This document shows, one piece after another, positions 13,141 through 25,602 of a DNA stretch of 64,000 bases (within the stretch, counting starts at the first letter, position 1; the number at the start of each line of letters is the position of its first letter). The stretch spans positions 1-64,000 of the forward strand of contig JAUCBJ010001719.1 of NCBI GenBank assembly GCA_032718475.1, given 5' to 3'. The translations under genes and the position numbers were made by a program. The notes beneath the pieces are model-generated. The model saw only the letters and a list, made by a program, of their open reading frames with translations. It did not search any database and had not been told where the DNA came from. The DNA comes from Nemertoderma westbladi (taxonomy: Eukaryota; Animalia; Xenacoelomorpha).

Positions 13141-13531
13141 AATCTGTTAAACCCTTTGACCATCTTTAATTCTAGTCGATTAAGATATCGCGGCACCCAC
13201 CGATATACTTGAAAGACAAAATTTCTAGAATCAGTGGTTAACGTCCCCAGACATGTTCTGGAATAAATCGGTGCCCATCCTAAATATTACATAGTTAATA
13301 TTTATAAAAATCTATTAAAACAAATGTTATAATAGAGTAAATGCACGCAAATAAACTCTAAGGAGTTTGTAAACCGAGAAAATCTATAAATCAAGATCTG
13401 TTAAAATTTAGATCCTTTAAAAATTCTAGTCGATTAAGATATCGTAGCACTTACCGATACTCTTAAAAGGACAAATTTCCTAGAATCAAGGATCCTAGTC
13501 CCCAGACATGCTCTGGAATAAAATTGTGCCT
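13141..13531 (+). ncRNA. Two tandem copies of a ~135-nt structured RNA motif between pol and the accessory ORF (element B)
   Basis: Copies at 13141-13276 and ~13396-13531 with nested pairings and a fully exchanged outer stem; also present twice in element C. Confidence 0.65.
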
Positions 13532-14342
13532 ATTTAATATTAAATAATAAAATTTACGGGAATAAATTTAAATTCATATCTTCTCATGAATTTGATAAAT
13601 TGTATTTTATACAATTTATAATATTCCCAAAATTCTTTTAATTAATAGATCATGGGAGCGGAGATTCACCCTATTAAGTGTATTAGTGTGCGAGAATCTC
13701 CAATATATAGTCAATAGCCGATAAAATTCATAAAATCATGTATAAAGGGGAATATTGACAATTAAAGAATTACTATTAAATAGCATCCCAGATCTGTATG
13801 CATGAGAATTACCCTAATTCTACTGCTAGCTTTCCATAATGTCACCATGGCAACAACCACGCTAGAATTAGAAGTGAGTTAAAAGAACAATAAAAAGCTT
13901 GCCCCATTGAATAGCATACGGAATAAATAGCGCACTGCTAGTATCCAGAGATACATAATAATAACGTGGCATTCTGGAAGGCACTTGACTAACGGACAAA
14001 TGGCCCAAAGGTGTACAATTTGTGACAGTTGTGTGGAATTTGTGCGTTTATAGGTGAATGTTACTACTAAAGTGTGTTTACAGTAGCGAGTCGCAGTTGT
14101 GAAAGTAGCCCTAACCCTGCAGTAAGAACCTGAAGTAAATCTAAGCCCTTGGGACGGACAGTGGAGTGACTCGCGCTGGTTGTTGTTGTCATTGTGCAGC
14201 TACTACGTTGGCGATAGACACAGCGGTGACAGTACATCAGCGCTGAGGATCTTGCGCTGTCCGGGGGCTGTGAGGGGTAGGCAGCGACGCCCGCTAGCCT
14301 AATTATAATTAATTATAATATTGATAAACTCATATAGCAGCT

Positions 14343-15101
14343 ATGTCTGAGTTGATAGAAGATGATCTGGTATCAGGGAGCAATATACCCTACCATTGCA
14401 AGCGTTGTTGATAGTTTAATACGCGGTGACGCTAGTCCCTCTACTACGGAGGACGATGGCTGTTATATCGAACCGCCAATGTCCAAGGAACAACTCACGC
14501 GTGAATTGGACTATAGAAAATTCACCGCTCGCTATACGCATCGTAATGGTACGTATATAGACTTCTTTACTACTGGCCATCCTATCGATTTACACGATAT
14601 GGACGATGTAGACACCAAAAGGGAAATGATCCTATTTAAATATCATACCCAGCGCAGTCGGAACAATAAACTGAGAATCGAACACGAAAATTCTATTCGA
14701 AACTAACTCGAAAGAGAAGACGTTAAAGAACCGGATAAACGCAGTGACTTCAACGTATCTTTGGAATTCTTGAGAGAGACATTGTAAAACTGGAGAAAGA
14801 TCACCAGCATTTCCCCTACAAGACGTGCGTCTTTGGTATTATTACGATGAATGCCCTAGACCCAACCAACACACGGAAAGACATAAACATCCGCGGAGAC
14901 GTTGCGCTAAACACAGTTTTTACTCGCTATACTTACGGGAGTTTCGAGCGAAACTTGTTCGACGTATCACCTACGCTCGCTCGACGCAAACAATCCTTAA
15001 ATAAACCGATGATCAGAGTTCCGGAATACTCGGTCAGACCTCCTCATTCCCTAGTGAGACCTCAGACTCTTGATCCTAATAGTATGACGGATCCTCCTGA
15101 A
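14343..15101 (+). pseudogene. Accessory ORF of B, first (partial) copy
   Basis: Near-identical to 17774-18532; ends at the gypsy fragment. Confidence 0.75.
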
Positions 15102-17295
15102 TTCCTGATTCCTCGAGCGATGCCGGACCAGCGGTATCTGTCTACACCCCGCTAAAGTGCAACTCGCTCAACACGAAGTCTAGTTCGGTGGCTTCCTAGT
15201 TGGGGCCGACGGCATCCGCGTTGATCCGAATAAACTCTAGGCCATCGCCTGCTTTCCACGACCGGATAATCTCACTGACCTGCGGAGCTTTGTGGGCCTT
15301 GTGGAGCAATTGGCTCCGTTCTCCGCATCCATTGCCAAGTCAATACTCCCACTCCGACCACTCCTCAGCATTAAATCTCAATACATATGGACCAGCGACC
15401 ATGAACGAGCATTTGTCGCGACCAAAAACGCTCTCACTTCGCCTCCAGTCCTGGCTCCATTCGACGCATCACACGAAACTCGCCTTGTTACGGACGCTTC
15501 CCGCCTCAAAGGACTGGGCTACGCGCTCCTACAACTCCACGATACCGAGTGGAATCTTATCGAATGTGGATCCCGCTTCACAAGCGACACCGAGTCACGG
15601 TACGCCACAATCGAACTCTAACTCTTGGCCGTTGTCTGGGCGGTTACCAAATGCCGCACTTTCCTCCTCGGGCTCCCACACTTTCAGCTGGTCACTGACC
15701 ACCAGCCATTGGTGAGCATTCTTAACACCAAAGGTTACAGCGACGTCGACAACTCCCGCATACAACGGCTAAAGTCGAAACTCGCCCCCTACATTTTCAC
15801 CACCACGTGGTGCCGCAGCAAGGACCATGCCATTCCCGATGCGCTGTCACGTTCCCCCGTGGACCAGCCCACCACTGCGGACCTTGTGGAAGATGGTGAA
15901 ACCGCTTTCCACCTCCGCACCATCACTCTCGGTACCGTCTCCTCCATCGCCGGGGACGACCATCTGGAGGACCCCGTCCTCGCAGAATTTTCAGTGGTTG
16001 CCAGGGAGGACCCACACTATGTGGCTCTCCACACCGCGGTTCAGACCGGTTTCCCCCCCACTTCGCGTAATGACCCCGCAGTGGGCATCTATTGGTCGAT
16101 TCGAGACTCACTCACCACCGACGGTGACCTAGTTCTCTACGGCCAGCGTCTTATTATCCCCGCAGCAGCACGCCAGACTACTCTGGAACGCCTCCACACT
16201 CCTCACCAAGGCGTTGATAAATCGCTGCGACGAGCCCGGCAGTGCGTCTACTGGCACGGGCTCACCAATGACGTCAGGACATCAGTGGCCAGCTGCCCAT
16301 CCTGTTTACGCCACCGGGCGACCCCGCCCAAAGAACCATTCCTGGAGGAACCCCCACCCACCCGCGTGTTCGAGGACGTCTCTGCAGACTTCTTCTCCCT
16401 CAATGGTCGCCACTTCCTCGCTATGGCGCACCGCTACAGTGGCTGGCCGGAGCTATATACATTCCCAAGTCCTCCAAATGCCATTCAAACCACCAACGCC
16501 CTCCGCCAGTGGTTTATTCGATACGGCATCCCTACCCGGCTCCGCTCAGACGGCGGAACACCACTCACAGCCGCCACAACTACCGACTTCCTACGTGAGT
16601 GGGGCGTTACCCCGGTTACCTCATCTGCGGAATACCCCCAGGGTAATGGTCATGCTGAGGCCACGGTAAAGGCCCTCAAAGGCCTCCTCAGCAAAACGGG
16701 AGGGTCCCCAAATTCGGCAGCTTTCACTGAGGGTCTCCTGGCCCTCCGTAACAGCCCGCGTGAGAGCAGATTCTCGCCGTCCCAGATCCTTTACGGGCAG
16801 CCACTACGAACACGCATTCCCGCGCACCATAGTGCCTTCAAATCAGACCACCAGGCCGCTAGGCGGCGCCTGGACGAGGTCTCCCCAGCGTTACACGCTG
16901 CCCGAGTCACCAACTACAATAAAGCGGCTCACAACCTCCCTCCCCTTGCAGTCAACGACCCGGTCCTCATCCAGGACCCCCGTACCAAGCGGTGGAACCG
17001 CAAGCGTACGGTTGTAGAGGCTGGACCCCACCGGAAACTCACGGTCCGGACCCCCTCCGGCTGCACCATCACCCGGAATCATCGGTTCCTACTCCCTCCC
17101 AGTGACACCTCCCTCCCAGGGTCTTCCGGCGATGCCAAACTCCTGGCCAATACACCAGCGGCCGCGGCAGACATTGACTCATCCCGGCCACCTAAAACTG
17201 TCACATGGGACCACCAGCTGGTCCAAGCCCACACAAGCCCAGCACAACCCCGCAGATATCCCTCTAGGCGCAGAAAACCACCTGTGCGTTTATAA
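15102..17295 (+). pseudogene. pol: Ty3/gypsy pol fragment with in-frame stops
   Basis: LVTDASRLKGLGYALLQ, YATIEL*LLAVVWA, LVTDHQPL, IPDALSR, LHTPHQG...CPSC, VSADFF, LRSDGG, YPQGNGHAEATVK. Confidence 0.9.
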
Positions 17296-17600
17296 CTCGC
17301 TACACACGAGCTCGAAGGGGGGTGTAGTGACATCAGGACTTCAGACTATATTACATGGCTCGCCCCATATACATAGGCCATGCGACTACTGATATATAGG
17401 ACTCAGTACTAACTGCAGTATCACGGTTTTACATAGTTTGGCCTTGGGTATATCTCCGTACTGCATGCATCAGTACTGCATGCACTACCGGGATACATTG
17501 CACTTCTGTATGTGGACATTTATATATTATATATTACTGTATTATACAGCCAGATATGTTGCTATATTATTACTTTACTATAATCTCTATAGAATCTAAA
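15102..17600 (+). mobile_element. Ty3/gypsy retrotransposon 3' fragment (RT end, RNase H, integrase, PPT, partial LTR)
   Basis: GC-rich block; PPT GAAGGGGGG (17314-17322) followed by TGTAGTG; no 5' LTR, gag, protease or YxDD. Confidence 0.88.
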
Positions 17601-17640
17601 AAAAACCACAGGGGGGGGGTGGGTGGGGCTGGAGGAAGGG

Positions 17641-18532
17641 GGCGATAGACACAGCGGTGACAGTACATCAGCGCTGAGGATCTTGCGCTGTCCGGGGGCC
17701 GTGAGGGGTAGGCAGCGACGCCCGCTAGCCTAATTATAATTAATTATAATATTGATAAACTCATATAGCAGCTATGTCTGAGTTGATAGAAGATGATCTG
17801 GTATCAGGGAGCGATATACCCTACCATTGCAAGCGTTGTTGATAGTTTAATACGCGGTGATGCTAGTCCCTCTACTACGGAGGACGATGGCTGTTATATC
17901 GAACCGCCAATGTCCAAGGAACAACTCACGCGTGAATTGGACTATAGAAAATTCACCACTCGCTATATGCATCGTAATGGTACGTATATAGACTTCTTTA
18001 CTACTGGCCATCCTATCGATTTACACGATATGGACGATGTAGACACCAAAAGGGAAATTATCCTATTTAAATATCATACCCAGCGCAGTCGGAACAATAA
18101 ACTGAGAATCGAACACGAAAATTCTATTCGAAACTAACTCGAAAGAGAAGACGTTAAAGAACCGGATAAACGCAGTGACTTCAACGTATCTTTGGAATTC
18201 TTGAGAGAGACATTGTAAAACTGGAGAAAGATCACCAGCGTTTCCCCTACAAGACGTGCGTCTTTGGTATTATTACGATGAATGCCCTAGACCCAACCAA
18301 CACACGGAAAGACATAAACATCCGCGGAGACGTTGCGCTAAACACAGTTTTTACTCGCTATACTTACGGGAGTTTCGAGCGAAACTTGTTCGACGTATCA
18401 CCTACGCTCACTCGACGCAAACGATCCTTAAATAAACCGATGATCAGAGTTCCGGAATACTCGGTCAGACCTCCTCATTCCCTAGTGAGACCTCAGACCC
18501 TTGATCCTAATAGTATGACGGATCCTCCTGAA
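17641..18532 (+). repeat. 892-bp direct duplication of 14210-15101 flanking the gypsy fragment
   Basis: Constant offset of 3431; about 10 substitutions by eye. Confidence 0.95.
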
Positions 18533-19325
18533 CTGTACTCATTGTTCAAAGATCTGGTGTTACCCGAACAATTAGTCGATGGCATCCGGTTGTGGGCTCC
18601 CTAGATATTCGCCCATCCTACCTAGCCGGATTGAGACGCGGACATTTAATATCGCCGTTCAACCCGTATAATCGTACCAGTTTAACCCCGATACAACCTG
18701 TCACCGAGGTGGAGGAGAGAGTTGAACGAAACGCGTTAGACACTAGTCGACAAAAGATCGGAAAAGGAACCTACGATTGTTTAGAGAAACGTAAAAGGCA
18801 GCAGCAAGTCCAAGCGGTAAACGAATTAGCTTTATCTCAGTTCGATCGGGAAATCCAGAACCTCGAAGAAGATATCGAACTTGGACGACCCTACTCTCTG
18901 AAAGAGTTTTGGACGAATGCTTCCAACGACAAGCGGAGGAAAATCAGCTCGAGGAGAAGCATATCGATTCCAACAGAGCCCGAGAATGCGAGTCGGAAAG
19001 AACCATCAATCCGAGGAAATTTCTCACTACACACGGTCCACCTACCGCTCTCATGCAAACGACCCGTCAGGGACCAGTAAGGGCTGCTGTCTTAAAACGC
19101 ACTCTCAAGGTTGTTCAACCTCATTCCACTGAGGTTGATACCGATCAACCGGGTACCTCGACCGGCGGACACATCGACCGTAACCCTAAACCTTCCGATG
19201 CAATTGTATTGCACCCTTCACCCAGGAGTTATAGCCCTCCTAGTAAAGTGGCTCGCCCGGAAGAGATAAGGACTCTTGCTAGCCTCAAAAAACCGCGTAA
19301 ACGCCGTTCTCGTAAGAAAGACTAA
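17774..19325 (+). pseudogene. Accessory ORF of B, second copy (frameshifted, internal ~170-bp deletion relative to C), ends KKPRKRRSRKKD
   Basis: ORF fragments 17793-18137, 18278-18604, 18592-19080 and 18909-19325 are collinear with element C 56352-57872. Confidence 0.78.
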
Positions 19326-19403
19326 CTGTTTAGAGTATTTTTATATTTTAGAAACTGTGATTTTTTATATTTTATAGAATTAAATCCCATTTTCTGGGAG
19401 CGG

Positions 19404-20631
19404 TGTAAAAGCTTTTGCGGATATAACCAGTCATTTTCTCCGCAATTAACTGTTTAGTTGTTTTAGCGGACATAACAAGCCATTTTCTCCGCAATGTACC
19501 CTGTAGGTGTTTTAGCGGACATAACAAGCCATTTTATGCCGCAATACGCCAAATACTCTAAATAGAGTGTAGTTTCAGATGACGAAATCTGTCAGCTGAT
19601 TTGCTGTCGATGTGGAACTTTCTTTGTTCAGGCTCGCTCGACCAATCAGAGCGATTTTCATTTTATTTGCACAGAGGCCTATGGGAAAACGCGCAATGCA
19701 TTACGGTCTTTGTTTACCTTTCTGAGCGAGAACAACTGCTTGGGAATTCTTCTGTACTTCTGTGTTGGAAGTTTCAGACTTTGGCCAGCATTAGACGGCT
19801 TTGATTACAAGAACGTAAATCTATTATCTGCAAACCAAACTACCAACTGCGGTACCGGTACTACCGATACTGCACCTGTCAACTTGTCAACCGATCACCT
19901 GCACTGCGCAACTGTGCAACAAACTGGTCAACTGGCTGACTATCACCGCATTATTTTACTTCTGTTTACTGTCTGTTATTAATGGTTATATGTTGATGGA
20001 TATGTTGTTATATTTGGAGAATATCGATAAATAATCATAAAACCCCCAATCTTCTTGATTACTAAAGGTTAGAGGGACCGGTTACCGGTAGCAATTGCGA
20101 CTTACATTACAGTGGTTTTAGTGTGCATCAAATGCTATTTCATAATCCCTACATGTGTCAGTTGCTATCCTCCTTATATATGATCAAATTCAGTGACGGT
20201 AGGCAGATCAGTGTGAAACAGTGTGAAGTCGTGTGCAGTAGTGTGACAGATAATAAAGCATCTCCTAAAGAATGCGCTATTTACGAAAATCAGTAGCCAT
20301 CTCGTTGTGTTTAGTATAAGTCATAACTCTGTTTTATACTTAAAGCGCCACGTCCTAAAGGAACTGTTAATATTTCCTTGAAAGTGAATAATATTGTCAG
20401 AGATTATATAGTAACAATCAATCGAATAATACAGTAGGTCTGCAACGCAATAAGGTCAAAGCATCCGAATCCAGTCTCCCTTAACTGTGGGTGAATGATC
20501 GCGCATAGACTGGCTTCGGCTAATGTTACTTCATGTGCATTAAATAATTGCTATAGGCTAAAGTCGATTTATAAACAAGAGGACACCTAAAATTGGCAGG
20601 TTAAACTGCTAAAGGTCTGAAAGCGCGAACA
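19404..20631 (+). repeat. 3' LTR of element B (1228 bp)
   Basis: Preceded by CTGGGAGCGG; starts TGTAAAAGC and ends GCGCGAACA like the LTRs of C; three imperfect repeats with a GCGGA(C/T)ATAAC core near the 5' end. Confidence 0.92.
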
Positions 20632-21009
20632 CCATGGCAGTTTTCGTTTCGGCACGAATGCTTTAAAGTGACCAGCCAGGGCGCATCTCTGCCTTGCATC
20701 CTTAAGTGGTAGCTAAATGTGTACTGGAGTCCTCTGGGGAGTACAGTTCTGGGGGTACCGCACTGGAAATAAGTCGTCAGACTTTGTGCGTAATCCCTGG
20801 CCTATCAGCCGAAGAAAATGTACTTTTACTTTTTACTTTACTAAAAAGAAAGTATATGAATACTATAGCTAATAATTGAATAGATGGTACAAATACTTGT
20901 ATTATAATATTGTAATTTATAGTATTATAATACTGTATTATAATATATAATATTGGCGGTGTAATCTAACATGGAGACATTATTACTTATTTTATTTTCC
21001 AATACAGGA

Positions 21010-21308
21010 TTCGTTTAAAATAACGTTAAAAATCGATGTTAAAATTCAACGTCAGTTAAACGTTTGGGTTTAGTCATTTATGTACATCATTAAATTTAAG
21101 CAATGTTAGACGTTTCAAAATAACGTTTAAGATATTTGTTAAAATTCAACGTTTGGGTTTAGTTGTTTATAGACATGTAGTTTTTAAACGTTTATAAGAC
21201 GTTAGGAAACGTTTGTTCTAAGTTATTTTTATAACTTTATTTTTCTAACCTAAAACAGACTTAAGTCTAACGTGAGATTAGCGTAATTAATGTAAAATGT
21301 TTGCAGGG
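21010..21308. mobile_element. AT-rich MITE-like remnant with repeated AACGTT palindromes
   Basis: Repeated AAAATAACGTT and AATTCAACGT blocks ending TGTTTGCAGGG; no partner TIR found. Confidence 0.35.
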
Positions 21309-21448
21309 AATTAATAATCATAATAAATGTATTCATTTGCATTTTCGGTTAGCAGCTGCTGTAGGTTGTAGGTGGCTTAGCGAAACACTGAAAGAAGAAA
21401 GAGGCTTGTAGGAGTTTCAAGTTTCAACCACATATCAGCCAGCATGCA

Positions 21449-23171
21449 GGGTGCATGTAAAGAGCGGACTGCGGACTGGCGGACTACGGACTGGGGATTG
21501 CCAAAATCCGCGCGGTCAATTTGAATTATCGACTTCCAAACTAAGAATCCGCTCTTTGTTGTCTGGACAAATGGCGGACTGAAGCCGGTAAATTGTAACC
21601 TGATTGGCTCAATCATGTACATAGGCTGAAGCTGAAAGGTAACTTAAAGAATGAATCATCCCATTTGGCTTTTAAATGTTTACCATTGTGCAACACTGTA
21701 ATATAGGAAATAATTATCCTATACAGTAATTAGGTGGACTGTTGATTAAGGGCCTACTATATAATCAACATTCTACGGATTTTCAGATTATTTATTTCAA
21801 TAAATATTTTTATATACTTCCTGGCCTTTAGAGTTTATGTCACAGTTGTCTGTTCGCAAATACTGTATAAAAGAGCGAATATTCGGACATCCTAAGCGCA
21901 GGAGCTGGGGAAGATCTTCTCTGTGCTGGGGGTAAGAGAGCGTAAGAAAAGGGGGAACAGGGGCAAAGAAAAGGGGGAACAGGGGCAAAGAAAAGGGGTG
22001 TGGATCTATAAATAGCATCCAATAGGACGCATCTAATTACTGGCATTTAATTCTGTCCAAATTTTTATGACAGCCTTAAAATGAAAACCACGAACACCTG
22101 ATCGGCTAGTGCTTTTTTTAATGCTTTTTTATTGTGGGCTGTGATATCCTACATATCTGACACTGACATACGATTAACTGGGCCCATGTGAAGTATACCA
22201 GACTTTCTGCCGTTATATTTCACTTTGCAGTTACCCCCAGGTGAAGAATACCAGGTTTTCACCAAATATACAGGTTACAGAAGGGCTGAATCTAACCAAA
22301 ACAATAAACGAATTAGTATATGTACAGGTTATAAGAAGAAATAAGCGATATAAAACACTTAATAAAGATAAATTAAAAAAAATAAATAATCTTCATATAT
22401 AAAATTCCAATAAAAAGTCGACCGAAAAGTGAAATCCTGGTATTCTTCACAAGGGCGATTAACTGTGGAGCGAGCAACGTAAGTCCAGGTGAGCCTTAGC
22501 ATATGGGTATAAGTGGTGGACCCGTCTGTCGTTGTCATCGTCGGAAATGTTTGAACGCTAATAAGTCGGTCAATCTTGGAAAAATAATGTTTCACTACTA
22601 GTCTGCTAGTATGTACGACTAATATGTTTCAATTATGTTCCAATTTTGTTTCAACTAACAGAGACATAATAGTGGCAGTAACAAGCAAACAAGGAATATC
22701 TTATAAGGTCGCGGTTCACACCTTTAAGCAATAAGCATAACTCTGCTTCGGCAGCAGAAGTACATACAGTACTACAGTAGTCCCAAAGTCTTCATCCAAA
22801 GTAGAGTTACGAATGAATCATGCTTAAAAGAGTGAACCGGCCTTAACCCGAGAGATTTTATTGAAAGTTCAAGAGTTCTTCCTACTGCCTACATAATAGG
22901 TTTTCAAAATAATAAGTTTCCATCTCTGTGTCACAATGAAAACATTTAAGCCAATAAGAGGATTCAGGAAAGTTCCCTTTGGGCCTATGTAAATGATTGA
23001 GCCAATCAGGTTACAATTTTCTGGCTTCAGTCCGACGTTTGTCCAGACAACAAAAGAGCGGATTCTTACATTATAATGCTATAATTCAAATTGACCGCGC
23101 ATATTTGGGCTTTTAATTGACAATCCGCAATCCGTAGTCCGCAGTCCGCAGTCCGCTCTTTACATGCACCC
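21449..23171. mobile_element. Non-autonomous Mutator/MULE-like DNA transposon (1723 bp)
   Basis: ~180-bp imperfect TIRs (GGGTGCATGTAAAGAGCGGACTGCGG...) and a 10-bp TSD CCAGCATGCA at 21439-21448 and 23172-23181. Confidence 0.85.
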
Positions 23172-25117
23172 CCAGCATGCATGCATTGTGCATAGGCAGA
23201 TAGGCCTATAGTTTAGTGCTCTATCCTGACTGCCTGAATCTGGAATCCATACCACCAGCAGCTGAGCAGACCAGTAGCAGTACTGCAGACCAGTCTGCGC
23301 TGCCGCTGCTGCCAGAGTGATAAACTCATCTCCCCGTATCCTGATATCTGTTAGCGTTAGGCCTATCTGTTTTCAGAACGCTCCTACCTGCTGACCTGCC
23401 TACTGCTGTACTGCCTGACTGCTGTACTTTCCTACCGGGTAGTAAAATTCTATCAGGCATCAGGCATTGTTCAACCTATAGGCCTACTGCTGTACTGCTA
23501 TATCAGTCTGTCAGTAGGCCTATGTAGCAGTAGGCAGGTTGCAGGTAGGCCTACTGCTATTTCAGTATTTCCGCTTCGCGCAGCACACATTTAAAATGGG
23601 CGACATTTCCTCAATTTTCATTAAATTTAGGCCTATCTGAAATTCGATAGGCCTATACCAGTATACAGACTGACAGTGACAGACAGTCCAGTCCTGCAGT
23701 CCAGCATAGGCAGATAGGTAGTCAGGTAGTATTTTATGATGTTAACAAAATTTTATCATGAGAAGTCGGGCTCGATCTGTCAATCGGAGCTCCGGCCTCC
23801 GGCTCCGGCCATTTTGGCACCTCCGGCTCCTGCTCCGGCTCCATTATTGCCGGACAGCCGGAGTTAATTTTTTAATAAAATATTATATTTCGTGCATGCA
23901 CGAATAGTACTTATAGTTACTTCTGTACTTATAGTTATAATTTAATTTACTTATAGTGTAGGGTAAGACGGGGTAAAATGGGACATGGGGTAAAATGGGA
24001 CATGTCGGGGTAAAATGGGACATGCATATTTTTGGCCAATTTTTTGTTAAAGAACACTTTTAGGTCTGTTTTAATATATTTTTAATTGAGAAACTAAATG
24101 TTACATTTTTATATAGCACATACTGACATATGATGAGATCAAGATCACACGATGAAAGCAATTTGTTAATCGCGTATACATTTTAACGTTAGGACACTTC
24201 CTATCATTCATTTTCTTCGATATTATATGCATTAAAATCGCAATCATCGATTTAGTGGGTGTAGAACAAGTCCAAATGTTCAAATTCCTGATCGTTTTTG
24301 AGTTACATAGATTTGTAGTTTTACCTTGATAGACAGATAGATGTAGATAGGTGTAACTCCGTAAATAATGCCTAGATGATTTTTCTCTGTGATTGTTGAG
24401 TTTTATAGCTTTTATAGCTACTACTGCATTTCAGCCATTCCAGCGTAACGGTCGTGACATTCCGCATGGGTTTCCGGTATTAATGAGTATTCTAAGGGCA
24501 CATAGAACAGTCGGGCACTTTGTCAATATTGACATGTGTCAATATTGACAGGTAAAGCTAATTTCTCCAGGATGGAGCATGTCAAAATTGACATGGACAT
24601 GTCAATATTGACATTTTTTTACCTGACGTGTTCAAATATTTCCATACGTGTTTTCTAAATATAAAAATCGAAATTATAAGTAAATTAGAAACTTTTGACC
24701 GTGCGGAAAATTTTTTCACCGTGCCGTTTAGTTAATATAAATACTTTAAGTTTTTCTCATGTTAAAATTGACATACATGTCAAAATTGACATGTAATGAT
24801 GAGAACATAAGTGTGGGGTTAGGCTGTAGGCCACGCCACCCTATAGACTCTACTATAACTAGGGCTCAACAGAAGCTTCGGCTTCGGTTCAGGCCGAAGT
24901 TTGGCAATTTCGGTTCGGCTTCTGCAATTGATACTACAGAAGCCCGGAGCAAACTTTGCTAAATATTCCAAGTATTACATTGACTGATTGAGCTAAGACC
25001 AGAAAGACAGTAAGACTAATCAATCTGTCCATCGTGTTGTACAAATTAATTTTGGGGTGTAAACGTTAAGCAGACACTAGTGCAGAGCAGACAGTCAGAC
25101 AGTGGTGCAGAGCAGAC

Positions 25118-25602
25118 CCAGGTTGGAATTTATGTAGAGTTTGCTCAACATGTGTGGCGCGCATTTAGGATCCTGGCGCGAAGGAACAGGGGCGTGTGGC
25201 GCGCATTTAGGATCCTGACGCAAAGGAACAGGGGCGTGTGGCGCGCATTGAGGATCCTGGCGCGGAAATGGATGTCATGTACAGTAGCAAAATGCATTGG
25301 CATGGCAACATATCCAGCCACTCTAATTGAAATTATATCGGTCTACCAGTAGAGTCTATTTTTAAAAAGAGTTAGGCCTAGGCCTTAAAGATTTTCGCTC
25401 ACTTCGGTCGCGTTTGTATATTATATGCCTGCCCACTGTACGCTCTACTGTGTCTACTCTTATTCATCATTCTAATAACTTTTAATTTAAAAATTTAATG
25501 GTCAATCTTTCAATGGTTGGCGCGCTTTGAATGTCATGGCTGGCGCGCTTTTCGTTTAACCCGAATCCGTGTGGCGCGCTTTTTGTCAATATTCCATATA
25601 GG
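25118..25602. mobile_element. hAT-like MITE (485 bp)
   Basis: Ends CCAGGTTGGAAT...ATTCCATATAGG (imperfect TIR); 8-bp TSD GAGCAGAC; TGGCGCGC subterminal repeats. Confidence 0.75.

Larger units (their letters stand above)
6906..20631 (+). mobile_element. BEL/Pao LTR retrotransposon B, 5'-truncated (5' LTR, leader and gag N-terminus missing)
   Basis: Similarity to element C starts abruptly at ~6906. It runs through gag-PR-RT-RH-IN, a 1.7-kb intergenic region, the accessory ORF, the PPT and an LTR ending GCGCGAACA. Confidence 0.92.
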
